A stretch of DNA of 53,628 nucleotides, the filler included, from Sluysia triapertura (lineage: Eukaryota): assembly GCA_046118255.1 (NCBI GenBank). It is 4 parts of 4 records of this genome, joined end to end, with 100 filler letters (N's around TTAATTAATTAA, not from the genome) between each part and the next. Parts side by side here need not be neighbours in the genome. Positions count along the whole stretch, not along the records: positions 1 to 16,969 come from JBJNIA010194489.1; 3 more parts are not named here. One strand, written 5' to 3'. Position 1 is the first letter of the stretch. Each line of letters opens with the position of its first letter. The notes beneath the pieces are model-generated. The model saw only the letters and a list, made by a program, of their open reading frames with translations. It searched no databases and was not told where the DNA came from. This document shows positions 1 to 11,400 of this stretch, piece by piece. The position numbers were made by a program, and so were the translations under genes.

Positions 1-20
1 TTTATTTTATTACCTTAATA

Positions 21-92
21 CAGTGGTGTCAAAGTGGCGGCCCGCGGAGGCAAATCATGCGGCCCGTAAAGCAAAAATGTTTGACACCACTG
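21..92. mobile_element. 72-bp hAT (Charlie-like) miniature inverted-repeat element
   Basis: Perfect 13-bp TIR CAGTGGTGTCAAA (21-33) / TTTGACACCACTG (80-92); internal GCGGCCCG motifs typical of hAT subtermini; 8-bp flanks do not match, so no TSD seen. Confidence 0.7.
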
Positions 93-550
93 ATTTAGAA
101 GATAATTTAATATCTACATCCAAACCAAAGTTATATTATTCTTCGATCATTAAACTTATACAAATGAACCTAATTGATATAATTAAAAATTATTTTATAG
201 TCAAATCCGTAGCGGATTATATTCACACAATAATTCCCGAATCATTCTACTACGAGACAAATAAATGTGACAATGAAAGTGAGAACGAACATCCAAGTTC
301 AAATGAAAGACTTAATCATGATTACGACAACAAAAATAATCAAAAAATCGAGACAACGACGGAATTAGATTGGTGAATCCTTAATAAAATTGTAGAACGT
401 TTATTGGATCAAATAAATAGAAGAGTTCATATTGGTATAGAAAGATTGAATGACAATAGATTTTTGTGATCACAAAGATGTTAAAGAATCAATTGATGAA
501 TCAATCAAGTCGGAGGCAATTCAAGTTGTATTAATCAAGCATAACGTTAT

Positions 551-1040
551 ATGAATGTCTCTAATCATACGCTACATGACAAAGTTTCAAAAGAAATCAT
601 ATCTGAAAGGATAAATCAATTAAATAAAGGCAGAAGGTTCAGGGAAACGTTGTACGAGCCTATCACTGATTATCAAACCAATGTTACAAGTTATACTGAG
701 GACACACAAGATACTCTTGCTACTAAAATTAATCGAATGCTATGCCCTTATAAATCAAATCTCAACGGTCAATGTCTAAAATTTGTAGCTATGTGCAGAT
801 TTGAACATACAATACTTGAAGAAACAATACTCTCTGACAGCTTTCCAACATCCCATAGAAACAGATTAAAACAGTTACTACTTTCTGTGATGAACAAATC
901 GATAAATATGGAAATTGTCCCGAAGACGAAATTCTTTTGTCAAAACAACGTTTCGGATTCAAATAAAGTAAAAATTTATAAATCTAATAACAAAATTTTA
1001 TTATTTATGACTTTTATTTTAGATGTCGGAACTTGTATAG
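551..1040 (+). CDS. Orphan CCCH zinc-finger protein (cassette cargo, unit U1); exons 551-967 and 1023-1040, true start may lie upstream
   Basis: MLCPYKSNLNGQCLKFVAMCRFEH (finger 743-808) = C-x9-C-x6-C-x3-H; phase-0 intron GTAAAA...TTTTAG 968-1022; homologous to the ORF at 19317-19685 (-). Confidence 0.6.
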
Positions 1041-1229
1041 ATCCCTCATGACATATTTTGGAAGATGCAACTTCAATTCATGTTTTAAATTTTATAATCA
1101 ATAAATTTCAGGAATTCTGTTTTCCTTCTTTCAGTTTAATCAATTTAAAAGTCATTTTTATAGTAAATGTTAAGTTTAAAGTTTTATATTTTAAATTTCT
1201 TAAAAGTTTTTATAAATTAAATAAATTTA

Positions 1230-2400
1230 ATAATATAATGAACATAATATCTACACATTTACTTAATCCAAAACATTTCAAGTTTAATCATTAACATCAG
1301 TGTAAAACATTTAATTCATATTTTAAAATCACTTTTTTAAAAAGAAACATTCTATTCAAAATGAAGTTTCTGTAACATCTTTAGTTATGTATTATTTCCA
1401 TTAAACATTCTTCTACCAGTTCTTTTCACATTTTAATTTTTCGTCTTTCGACATTTTAATGTCCTTTTCAAAGAAAATAAGAATCAGATCAAATATTTTA
1501 AAAAGCATTTAAAGTAAGAAAAAGAATTATTTTCATTAACAAGAAAGAAAAGAACTAAAAAGAATTTCATTTACAAGAATAAAAGATATATAAATTTTTG
1601 TATAATTATTTCTATTATTCATTTGTTACTTATGATTATCATTTTTATATTCAAAAGATCATGTAAGTTAAAGAAACATTGCATTTGTTTTATAATTTTT
1701 ACTATTATTTAATTTAATTTATTATTATTATAATTATTATTAATTTATTCTATTTTATATATTATTATTATCGCCATTGTTATTATTATCATTATTATTA
1801 TTATTTATCATAGTTTTAACTAAATAATTTTATCAATTTTGTTACCAACAGTATCATTTGTGATTATAACCTGTCATCAGTGGACAGTTTTTAATTTAAT
1901 GTCATGATGACAATTTCCGAGTCAACATACCGTGAAAGCTATTATGTTAATTCTATTACCATCAATTCAAGTCGAAATGTTCAGATACACAAATGTATGG
2001 CACAATGTCCATCCAAGTAGACAAATTCGGGACCTGTATCAAGTTTGGTGCATCTTGTCACTATTGTCATAATGTTTTGGAGATGAGCTAGGATAGTGTA
2101 AGGAACGTGATTGGTGGTGAACAAATGGATCAACAGGATCAGTCGTAACCTTCAATCTCAAGCTTTGGACAATATCATATTTTACAGTTATGTTAATGAG
2201 CCAGTATTTAAAGTAATTTTAAATTTTTATGATAAACTGACATTTGATTTTTATTATTTTTAAGGAACCCGAAATTTACAAGGATCATAGTATGCCTAAG
2301 ATGTTATGACGCGTTCAATATGATAAACAAATTAACAATTTTAACCATTTCTTAGATTGTATAATTAGATCCTTTAATAATAAATATGTGTTGTTATTCT
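1230..2400 (+). mobile_element. 5'-truncated, internally deleted TGTGGTGG-family cassette (U2) with decayed CCCH gene
   Basis: Leader ~1240-1330 resembles 8540-8640 (AATCCAAA(A)CATTTCAAGTT); box CTGTCA-TCAGT-GGACAG at 1871-1887; finger remnant 2006-2070 (MAQCPS/VDKFGTCIKFGASCHYCH); intron 2213-2264; last exon EPEIYKDHSMPKML*. Confidence 0.7.
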
Positions 2401-2999
2401 GTAAAGTTGTTAGAAAAAGAAAATAAATTAGAATTTTTAAAATTAAATTTGAGTAAATCGATAAGCAACTTTAAGAACATTCATAATTTAATTTATCTTA
2501 ATTTTAACGACAATTTAAAATAAAATCAAAGATATTATATATACCCCAAACAACTGGGTTATTTTCTAAAATATGTTTAATAAATTTCTTTGGATAAGCT
2601 GGTAAAATGTATTAATAAGACAGATCCAACAATAAAAAGAAACGATAATAAAATAAAAGCAATATTATCGTTATCCTCGCTACCACTATTGAATACCAAA
2701 AGTTTGAAAAGATATAATTTTTTACATATGGATAATGAAAAAAATGAACGTCTAAATATTAATGTATTTTTGTAAAAGCTGGGTTAAATTCAGGACAAAT
2801 TAGTATAAGCTGTTTAAGAATTCAAAGCGATTTATTTGCTTAAAAATGATAAAGTTCATCGTGGAGTTTTAAATTGTTTGTGTGTGTATGTTTATGGAAT
2901 TGTGAATTACAAAATTTAGACTACCGGGAGGAACAATGTTATTATTTTTGCAGGAAGTGCGTTATTTTAGAATTTACGTTATAATGTATTGAGGTGAAT

Positions 3000-3787
3000 G
3001 TATTTAACATATTGTGAATGATTGTTTATTTGAACTGTGGAGATTGTTTAAGTGGGCAATTTCTGTTTTTGTGTGTGGAGAGAGTAAATTAAAATTTTGA
3101 ATTACGAGGAGAACCACTACAAATATATCATCCGAATCGTCTACACAATCAATAGAATCTTCTGGTGACAACTCGGACTCCTCCAGATTAGGTTCAGAAC
3201 ACAACATAATAATGCTTAAATATCGAGAAACCAACACCATAATGGATTACATTATATATATTAGTAATTGCCCTCGTTCAATAGGCGAAACAAGAAGATG
3301 CTTCAGAACTTAAATAAAAATTCAAAATCATGAATATAGCTATAAATCATGGAAAAATAACAAAAAATCATAATTACAAATGTTTATAATAGGTACTAGA
3401 AATTGGAATTTATTTAGAAGAAATTAATCCTGCGGCATCCATTCGAAATTTATTGTATTTATTTGAAGCCTTTTATGATCGCTAAGCTGTGGCAGTCTCT
3501 GTTATGCATTTTGATCTATGTTAATAAGCTGTATCTTAGAATAATGGCGTCGATGGTGATAGTAATAATGTTTTGTAAAAGTTAAAATTTAATAGTGGTA
3601 ATAAATGAAAGTATTGTTCAATGAAAGTATTTTCAAAGTATAATCAATGAAAATTATTCAAAAAATATATGGGGATATATATGTAATGTTATGCATTGGT
3701 ATATGTAGAGTTTTAAGATGAAAATTTGTGTATGTATTTAATAATGAGAGTATACTGTAATCATAAGTGAAGAATTGAACCACCACA
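3000..3787 (-). mobile_element. TGTGGTGG-family cassette head (U3) facing U2, with decayed acidic orphan ORF
   Basis: CCACCACA at 3780-3787 (reads TGTGGTGGTTCA on minus, cf. TGTTGTGGTTCAC at 35040), followed on minus by a G-poor leader and ORF remnant 3004-3240 (SEPNLEESELSPEDSIDCVDDSDD). Confidence 0.5.
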
Positions 3788-4268
3788 AACGCCTTTCGAA
3801 ACGTGAAAATTACACAATACACCTAAAATTATTATTATTCGATTAAGTTCAATAAAAATCGAGGAAAACCAAAATTATCAGACAGTACTGAATAATTTAC
3901 TAACCCTGAGTATGTACTTCTAAACATGCCTTATTGATGATCAATATGAGAACAGCACACATAGTACAATTGAGATCATATTCAGAAATCATTGTTATTC
4001 AATAAATAAGCAGAAATGAAGCAATAATAAAATGTTTAATAGTTCTTATTAATCTACACAAAGTTGGTGATGTAAAATATTAAAAATTCGACAAAGATTC
4101 GAAATAATTTAACACAAAATTTGATAGATAATATTTATCAATTAATGTCGAGTTTTGGAAAACTGATCAACTGTAATTTACTTAGTATTTGTTGATTAAA
4201 TTGATTTCTTTTATTTGAAATTAGCGCTTATTTTTCATTAAAGTAGCACATTTATTGTTACTTCAATA

Positions 4269-4345
<77 letters not shown>
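4269..4345. repeat. (AAT)n microsatellite
   Basis: About 25 uninterrupted AAT units. Confidence 0.95.
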
Positions 4346-4346
<1 letters not shown>

Positions 4347-4440
4347 CATAGAAAATATATCTTGTTTTAACCAAAGTGTAAACAATATTTGTATTTATAA
4401 ATGTTTCATTAAGTACTTAGATATCTGAAAATAAACAAAC

Positions 4441-4786
4441 CTGTTTTCCATAGAAATTGGTATCTCCCAAGAAAGACCCGCGAGACCCGGTGAAACTGAA
4501 CATAGGCAGAGGTACTGGAATGGGCACATTGACGCCAACTAGACCCACATGGATATTTTGAGTAAACTTGCGAGCAGTGGCACCACTTCTTGTGAAAATA
4601 GCCGTACCATTTCCGTAAGGATTCTTGTTGATTAATTTAATTGCGTCCTCGAGCGTGTCCACTTCCAAACACAGCAGAACTGGACCGAATATTTCCTCAT
4701 TATAGCACTCCATACCAGGCTTCACGTTAGTAATAATAGTAGGACCCACAAAGTTCCCATTTTCATAACCGGGTACACGAATGTCT
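4441..4786 (-). CDS. ALDH6A1: Methylmalonate-semialdehyde dehydrogenase, penultimate coding exon
   Basis: [19 protein letters not shown]...EEIFGPVL...[32 protein letters not shown]; acceptor TTCAG|, donor CAG|GTTTGT; phase joins correctly to the 6849-7423 exon. Confidence 0.96.
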
Positions 4787-5902
4787 CTGAACACCAAATT
4801 AATAAGTACTTCTTGAATTTAAATGTTAATAAATCAGTAGTTTCTCGATATTTATCACCGAGAAATTCTTGAACACCGAGAATTATCGCAAATAATATGA
4901 TCATCCATTAGAACATAATTATTTTCATCACAAAAAAGATTAAAAAAGCAGTATCAGTTAGATATTCGAGTCAGAGAGATGCTGAAGGAAATCTAGTTAT
5001 TAGTAAAGCTTGAACTAAAACTGCTGATGATCAAATCAATAATCTTGGATCAATTAATTTCTTTTGCACTGGAAAATTGGCAGAATTAATAAGTAGATAT
5101 TCTAAATCTAATATATTTAGCTTCTGAAATTTAGGAATCCATATATCGAATAGTTATGAAATTGTGAACAACTTATGGCGTATCTAGATGCTTCTGTGGA
5201 TTTTACTTTAAACACCTTTTAAATCTGCTATTTCAATCTTTACTTCTCGTTATCACTGACTTTCATTTTAACACTACTTCTACCACGATTCGTACGTATA
5301 TTTAGATCTAGGATGAGCTGAAGGAAAATTATAGCGCTAAATAAATTTAACAATTACTATAAGAAAAGTTAAAACGTGAATTGAGAAAAAACAGTGAATT
5401 GGTGGAAATAGTGTTAATGATTTAAATATCCGTTATTGCATTTTCTGACCCACGTTCGAGTAGTTCCAACGAGTACATCGAGTGGCATTATGATGAAACT
5501 TCTATTTATGAAGAAAAACACATTTGAAGCTAAAAATGAAATTTCGAATTTGTCTTTAATAAAGATCTATACTTTGCACGATACTTACAACAAAGACATT
5601 TTAACTAAGTTGTTCAAAAATTAAAAATATTAGCTCAAATTTAATTTAGATTTATTTGTCATATCAAAGTTCGTCCGAACTTCAATGTTTGACTATTAGT
5701 TGTACTGTGCAGATATAAGGTCAAGGTCGTAATAATAATATACTATCATTGTAACAAAATAAAAAACACTTCTATAATAAATTCATTAAGAAATACATTG
5801 GGCACTAAAAATAGTCTCAAAATCCAACACGTGAGATACTGAAATACTTAAATTGACAATATCAACAAGGGTTTTCTCAATGTATTAGTATATCTCATTT
5901 AA

Positions 5903-6779
5903 CACTAGATGTACCACAACCGGTCACACGACCGCTTGTTTTGTTTTTTATCATTTTATATACAGGGTGTCCTAAAAGTTACCGAACCGCAAACTTAAGT
6001 AAAAATTAGATATCAAAAACGACAAATGCAATTTCTTCCTTTGTCATTTTATAATATTTTGGTTACTATTCACTTCCTTCTGTGAATAGCAGTAGTCTTT
6101 GGAATGACTTCTTTGTGCGTTCTTATTGATTTTATTCTGACGTCATGGCTTATTTTTCGTTCAGTGTGCTCTTCTGAGCCCTCATTCTTAAAACTGCAGC
6201 AAAGGACTTTAGATTTAAACGAACATATCTTTGTTACTAAGCAAGGATTAGCTGCAAGCATGTTAAAGAAAGATGGGAAGCAAATGTCAGAACACCCATA
6301 CGGCGTAAGTCGACAATGTTCAATCTTGTATCCAAATTTGAAGGAACTATGTTAATGAGTTCCCAATCTTCAACAAGACGGAGCACTTGCGCACTAGACC
6401 AAAGATGTTTGTCAATGCCTTCATGAAATAATTCCTAGACAATGGATTGGACGCCGAGGACAAATCGAATGGCCTGCCAGATACCCGGAATTCTAAAGAA
6501 TGCAGTTTATGCTAAAAAGCTTAGGACAATTGATCAACTAATTGAATTCAGCGCGAATGGAACCAAATTTCAGAGGAAACTTGCCAGAAAGTATTGAAGT
6601 TCAAGATGGACATTTTAAATATTAAATATACCTTTTAAATTTGACGTTTTTGATGTCTAATTTTTAGTTAAGTTTGTAGTTCGGTTACTTTTGGGACACA
6701 GTGCATAAAGAAATAAATGCACATTATTAAATAAATTATATTGTAATACATCTGGTGACCGGTGATGGTACATTTAGTA
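5903..6779. mobile_element. piggyBac-like MITE with TTAA target sites, containing a nested Tc1/mariner element
   Basis: TTAA|CACTAGATGTACCACAACCGGTCAC at left; GTGACCGGTGATGGTACATTTAGTA|TTAA at right (imperfect 25-bp TIR). Confidence 0.7.
5963..6703 (+). mobile_element. Internally deleted Tc1/mariner-superfamily element (WIGR/WPxRSPD type)
   Basis: About 65-bp TIRs (CAGGGTGTCCTAAAAGTTACCGAAC... / ...GTTCGGTTACTTTTGGGACACAGTG), TA at left; transposase remnant QQDGALAH*...PRQWIGRRGQIEWPARYPE at ~6371-6492. Confidence 0.85.
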
Positions 6780-6848
6780 TTAATGCAATGCACATATGTT
6801 TAAAGATATTCAGAATTACTTTTTGTCAATAATTTCGAAAACACAAAC

Positions 6849-7423
6849 CTTCCATCAAGTATTACATTAGCACCATCTTTCTCACTGCGACTCACAATGT
6901 CGAGAATTCGTTGTTTTGATTGCGGACTGATTACAGGACCCAAATCTGCACCCGGTTCTGTGCCTGCATTCACTTTCAGCTTTTTGGCACGAGCAACCAA
7001 GTCAGGAATCCAGTCGCGAGTGTCACCCACAAACAAAGCAGTACTCAAAGCCATGCATCGTTGTCCAGCCGCCCCAAATGCTGCCCCCACCAATTGATTC
7101 AATGCTACATCTTTCTTAGCATCCGGCATCACTACACCATGGTTTTTAGCTCCGATGTTTGCTTGGACACGTTTTCCAGCTTTAGATCCTCGCTCATATA
7201 TATGCTGCCCTGCTTGATTACCACCGACAAAGGAAATAGCTCGAATATGAGGATGGTCGCAAATGAAATCGACGGCTTCTCGTTGACCGTGGATTACATT
7301 GATGACTCCAGGCGGAATTTCAATTTCATTGCACAACTCCATTAGCATCATGCAAGCTCCGGGATCTCGTTCAGATGGCTTCAAGACCATCGTATTGCCA
7401 CATACCAATGAAAGAGGAAACAT
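6849..7423 (-). CDS. ALDH6A1: Methylmalonate-semialdehyde dehydrogenase, central exon with catalytic Cys
   Basis: MFPLSLVCGNTMVLKPSERDPG...AISFVGG...GAKNHGVVMPDA...AAFGAAGQRCMALS...ILDG; acceptor TGCAG|, donor AG|GTTTGT. Confidence 0.97.
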
Positions 7424-7519
7424 CTGCATCAAAATGAGAGTAATATATCAAATCTAATGTCTAATTTCAATTTGGGACACTATACAAGCACTTAAAATTT
7501 GGAAGAATCACTATCTAAC

Positions 7520-7827
7520 CCATAAAGGTATCATGGCCGGAAAGTTGAATGGAGTGATGCCTGCAGTGACTCCCAGAGGCTCACGATAACTCACAAGATC
7601 CATATCTTTAGAAATACTCGGCATAGATTCTCCCATTTGTAAACTAGTGATACTGCAGCAGTGTTCCACAACCTGCAAACCTCGCAGAACATCTCCATTG
7701 GCATCTGCGAGTGTTTTGCCTTGTTCTAATGTAATGTTTTGTGCAATTTTTCCCATATTTCGTTTTATTGATTCTTGCAACTTAAACATATATTGCTGCC
7801 TCGTTAGAATTGATTTTGACGACCACT
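7520..7827 (-). CDS. ALDH6A1: Methylmalonate-semialdehyde dehydrogenase, upstream internal exon
   Basis: WSSKSILTRQQYMFKLQ...ITLEQGKTLADANGDVLRGLQVVEH...PLGVTAGITPFNFPAMIPLW; 96-nt intron 7424-7519; acceptor could be 7827 or 7825. Confidence 0.96.
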
Positions 7828-9271
7828 CTAAATGAAATTTATTTGGTATGTTTATGTAGTTAATATAAATGTTTACACTATTAGCTGATAATAGGATCTA
7901 GATGAATGGTGCTGACCAAGTGAATTCAGCGACGTAAGGTCATTCATATTTATGGGCCCAAAACGTAACAAGAAAGTATAACAAAAGTATAATATAAAAA
8001 ATGAAATTCAACATGTTATTATCAGTTACTAAACGAACACGAACAAATGTCATAAACATTCGGTATATTTATAAATTCTAAGAAACTAACTTCGAATACC
8101 GAACAAATTTGTTGAATCAGCGATATTCAAATTATCAAAATCAGAAAAATTAATTAAAGATAAACCTGTTTTTGTGTGACTTTTTTTGATTGTAAAGCTA
8201 TTTTCGAAGTTTCGACGTATTTTTCTATATAGGGTCCCTATCCCCGCATAAAAACAGGTTTGACAGTATTTAACATTCATAAAACAAAATTTTAAAGTTA
8301 CACATTCGTTGTCATCTGTGGTGGCCAACCTCTTTATTCAAAATCACAATTATTAACATTTTACTTTTTCAGATCTATTAAAACCTTTTTACATTCCAAA
8401 ACATTTTAAATTCACAATCTCATAATATTAAAATCACACTTACATTCAAAACCATTAATGTGCATTTCAAATTTTATTTGAAATATTTTTTAATTCTCAA
8501 TTTTACAACATTAGAATCACAATTTACATCTTAAATTATCAAATATACATTTTATATGAATCCAAACATTTCAAGTTCACAATCTTTCAGCACTCAATCA
8601 TTAACACCTTTGAAAAACATAAACACACTTTAAAACCATTATAAACATCCGAATCCAAATAAAATTTTAGTCAAATCAATTTCAGATATTTTAAAGAAAA
8701 GAAATTCATGCTTAAAAGAAGAGAAAAGATTTATATTGCAATTTTATGCGTTTATGCGTTTTGTATAATTTTATTATTATTATTATCATTATTTCATTTA
8801 TTTTGTTATTTACATTTTAATTATTACTATTTTATTACAATTTATTATTATTTTTCATTTCATTATTTTTATCGCCATCTTTGTTACTACTAACTTTATT
8901 ATTCTTACCATTAACATTATTCATCAATACTACAAATACCATTTATATTAGTAACTGCCAGTAATTGACAATTTTAATTTGGGTGAGGCTCTTATCATTG
9001 TGTTAACTGTCAATTGCTGACAGTCTCATAACTGAGAATTTAATACATATCATTGCGTCACACCAACTGGCCATCCAATAATAGTTGATAAAATTAGTAG
9101 TGGTAATACAACCAGACTCAACAGTAGTTAATAAGAGTGTTCTGTGATTAAAAAAGAGACAGAAAAGTACTCTAAATATATATACTCAATTAACAGATAC
9201 CTAATTGTTAGAATTTTAGTTATTGTACGTTTAAAAAATTAAAAGGCTTAAAAGAAAAACAGAGGTAAAAA

Positions 9272-10399
9272 ATGCAGATCGATATTTTAAAAAGTATGCC
9301 TCGAAATCCAAATATCGAAAGAATAAAGTACATCAATGTAATCAAAATAGTAATAATTCAATGATTAAATTAGACCGATTTTATAGAAGTTGTAATGAAA
9401 TAATCATGAATGTTCCTCGTTTATCAATAAATCTTCAAGTACTGTAAATAAAAGTTTAAATCGATAAATTCTATGTAATTATAAAAAATCATCTAGATCT
9501 GTCAAAACATGTTACAATTACTTAGAAAGTTTTTATATTATGAAAATCGATCCTACTGTTTGTGAAGATAAATTGTATAACAATAACGTTGATTTTTTAG
9601 ACAATTTCAGGTGAAAGATATCAAAAACGAGAACTTATAAGCCATGGAATGTCGCACAACCAATATATGTGTTTAGAAAACCCATATGAAATAATAATTT
9701 CATATAATATGGCAAATCGTGGTCTCATGTTTCAAATTGATCATCCAGAAATTCATGCAATTTTGTATAAACACTTAATGCTTTTATTAAGACAAAATGT
9801 TCAAGAATCGGGAAAGTCTGATGTTATGCAGCTAAAAGATTTTAAGAACAGACAGATTATATGGAGTCGTATCACAAGATCGACTATTTCGTCTCATCAG
9901 CATTAATCGAGAGATATATTGAATTGATTTCATCATGGTTAAATATTGTTAATTGTGTTCAAGTAAATGGTAAAGGCCAATCTCGTTTCATGTCTATTTC
10001 AAACATAATCTCATCTAATCAAAAACGTATGGCGCAATGGCCCTCGGAGTAGATGTTTTTGGTACTTGTATAAAATTCGGCACATACTGCCCTTACTACC
10101 ACGATATATCTCAAATAAGTACTAATCAACATGAAGCAGTCGAACACAGAAGATTAGATGGTTTATTGGCCTCTTTAAACTGTAGATATTACCACAACGA
10201 CTTGAAGTTCAACAATTTTCAAGCTCAGGGACATTATGAAGATAATGATCCTCTTCATAAAGTAATTATAATTTTGTTATCCACGCAACCATTTATTTAT
10301 TTATTATTTATTTTTTAGGAATCCACAATTAGAACTTTTGATAATGTATCATATTTTGGACAAAAGAAGACAGAGCTCACAAATTTCATTAACATTTGA
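9272..10399 (+). pseudogene. Decayed CCCH zinc-finger cargo gene of U4
   Basis: Chain of frameshifted ORFs (9649-9906, 9861-10052, 10037-10318); finger remnant 10038-10102 (QWPS/VDVFGTCIKFGTYCPYYH); phase-0 intron 10262-10318; last exon ESTIRTFDNVSYFGQKKTELTNFINI*; AATAAA downstream. Start is approximate. Confidence 0.65.
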
Positions 10400-10579
10400 T
10401 ATAAAATTTAGATTTCATGTATGTCAAAATAAAATTTTATGCTTTTATTTTCTTAACGATTTTGATACCAGAGTAGAAATGAAAGTTTTTAATATAAAAT
10501 TATTTAATTATTTTCCTAACAACTCAATAAATTTTTATAATTTAATTTTAATTTGTTATTAACAATTAAACTAATGAAC

Positions 10580-11400
10580 TATACAACTCCAAAGTTTCGA
10601 AAAACTTGGACTATCATTAGTTTTAACAGTAGTAATGATTCTAGCGTTTTCGATAATTTCGAAGATAACCCATTTCCAACTTTATTCCTTAATAATCGAA
10701 CAGCCTTGTTATCATTTTCAGCTACTTTTAAATACATAAATGTTCAATAATTTTGTGTACATGAGATAATCTAAGATTTGTCTACTGGATTCTATTTAAT
10801 TCGTTGTAGTCTGTTTTAATCACTAAATCAAATTTCGACTCCCCAAAATTTCAGAAATTTTCAAAATTCATAAATTGTGCTTAAAAGGTCATTATTTAAA
10901 CAATATATATAATAATGAAATTAATAATATTTTTCGTTTTGTTTAATTCATTATAATAACATTATAAAATACATTTCTATCAGAACTTAAAATTTTACGA
11001 AATAGATCTACAATTCGTTAACTTCGATGATTTGATAACAGCAACAAAATTTTTCTTGTAATACATCACTCGAATTTTTCTTAGTACATAACCGTGACCA
11101 ACCAAATTTAAGTGTTCGTCCTCAGTAAGTGATTTATGTATATATGGTTGCATTTGCACAGGCACAGCTTCAAATACATGATTATCTTTTCGAAATAATA
11201 CTAAATATTGCGAGTTTTTATTTGTATCTACTAGTACAGGTTTATACCTTATATTTTATTGGTAAATGAGTAACACTCACTAAGACTTCTTTTTTCACTA
11301 TCTTCAATGGTGGCTTTAATGCACTTAATACAAATCTCGGAATACTTGTACAGGCTGCACGCAATCTTCTCTGTTTCTTCGAAAATTCGGAGATAATCAT
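10580..11400 (-). pseudogene. Decayed spliced orphan gene convergent with the CCCH gene inside U4
   Basis: Minus-strand open stretches DYLRIFEETEKIACSLYKYSEICIKCIKATIEDSEKRSL (donor GTGAGT at 11280) and YKPVLVDTNKNSQYLVLFRKDNHVFEAVPVQMQPYIHKSLTEDEHLNLVGHGYVLRKIRVMYY (~11000-11247); no recognisable domain. Confidence 0.4.

Noticed and set aside
4800-5280. Coding-like minus-strand text in the ALDH6A1 intron
   Set aside because: Multiple stops, no motif and no second copy in the window.
6897-7835. Plus-strand ORFs 6897-7097, 6920-7345 and 7647-7835
   Set aside because: Antisense shadows of ALDH6A1 exons.
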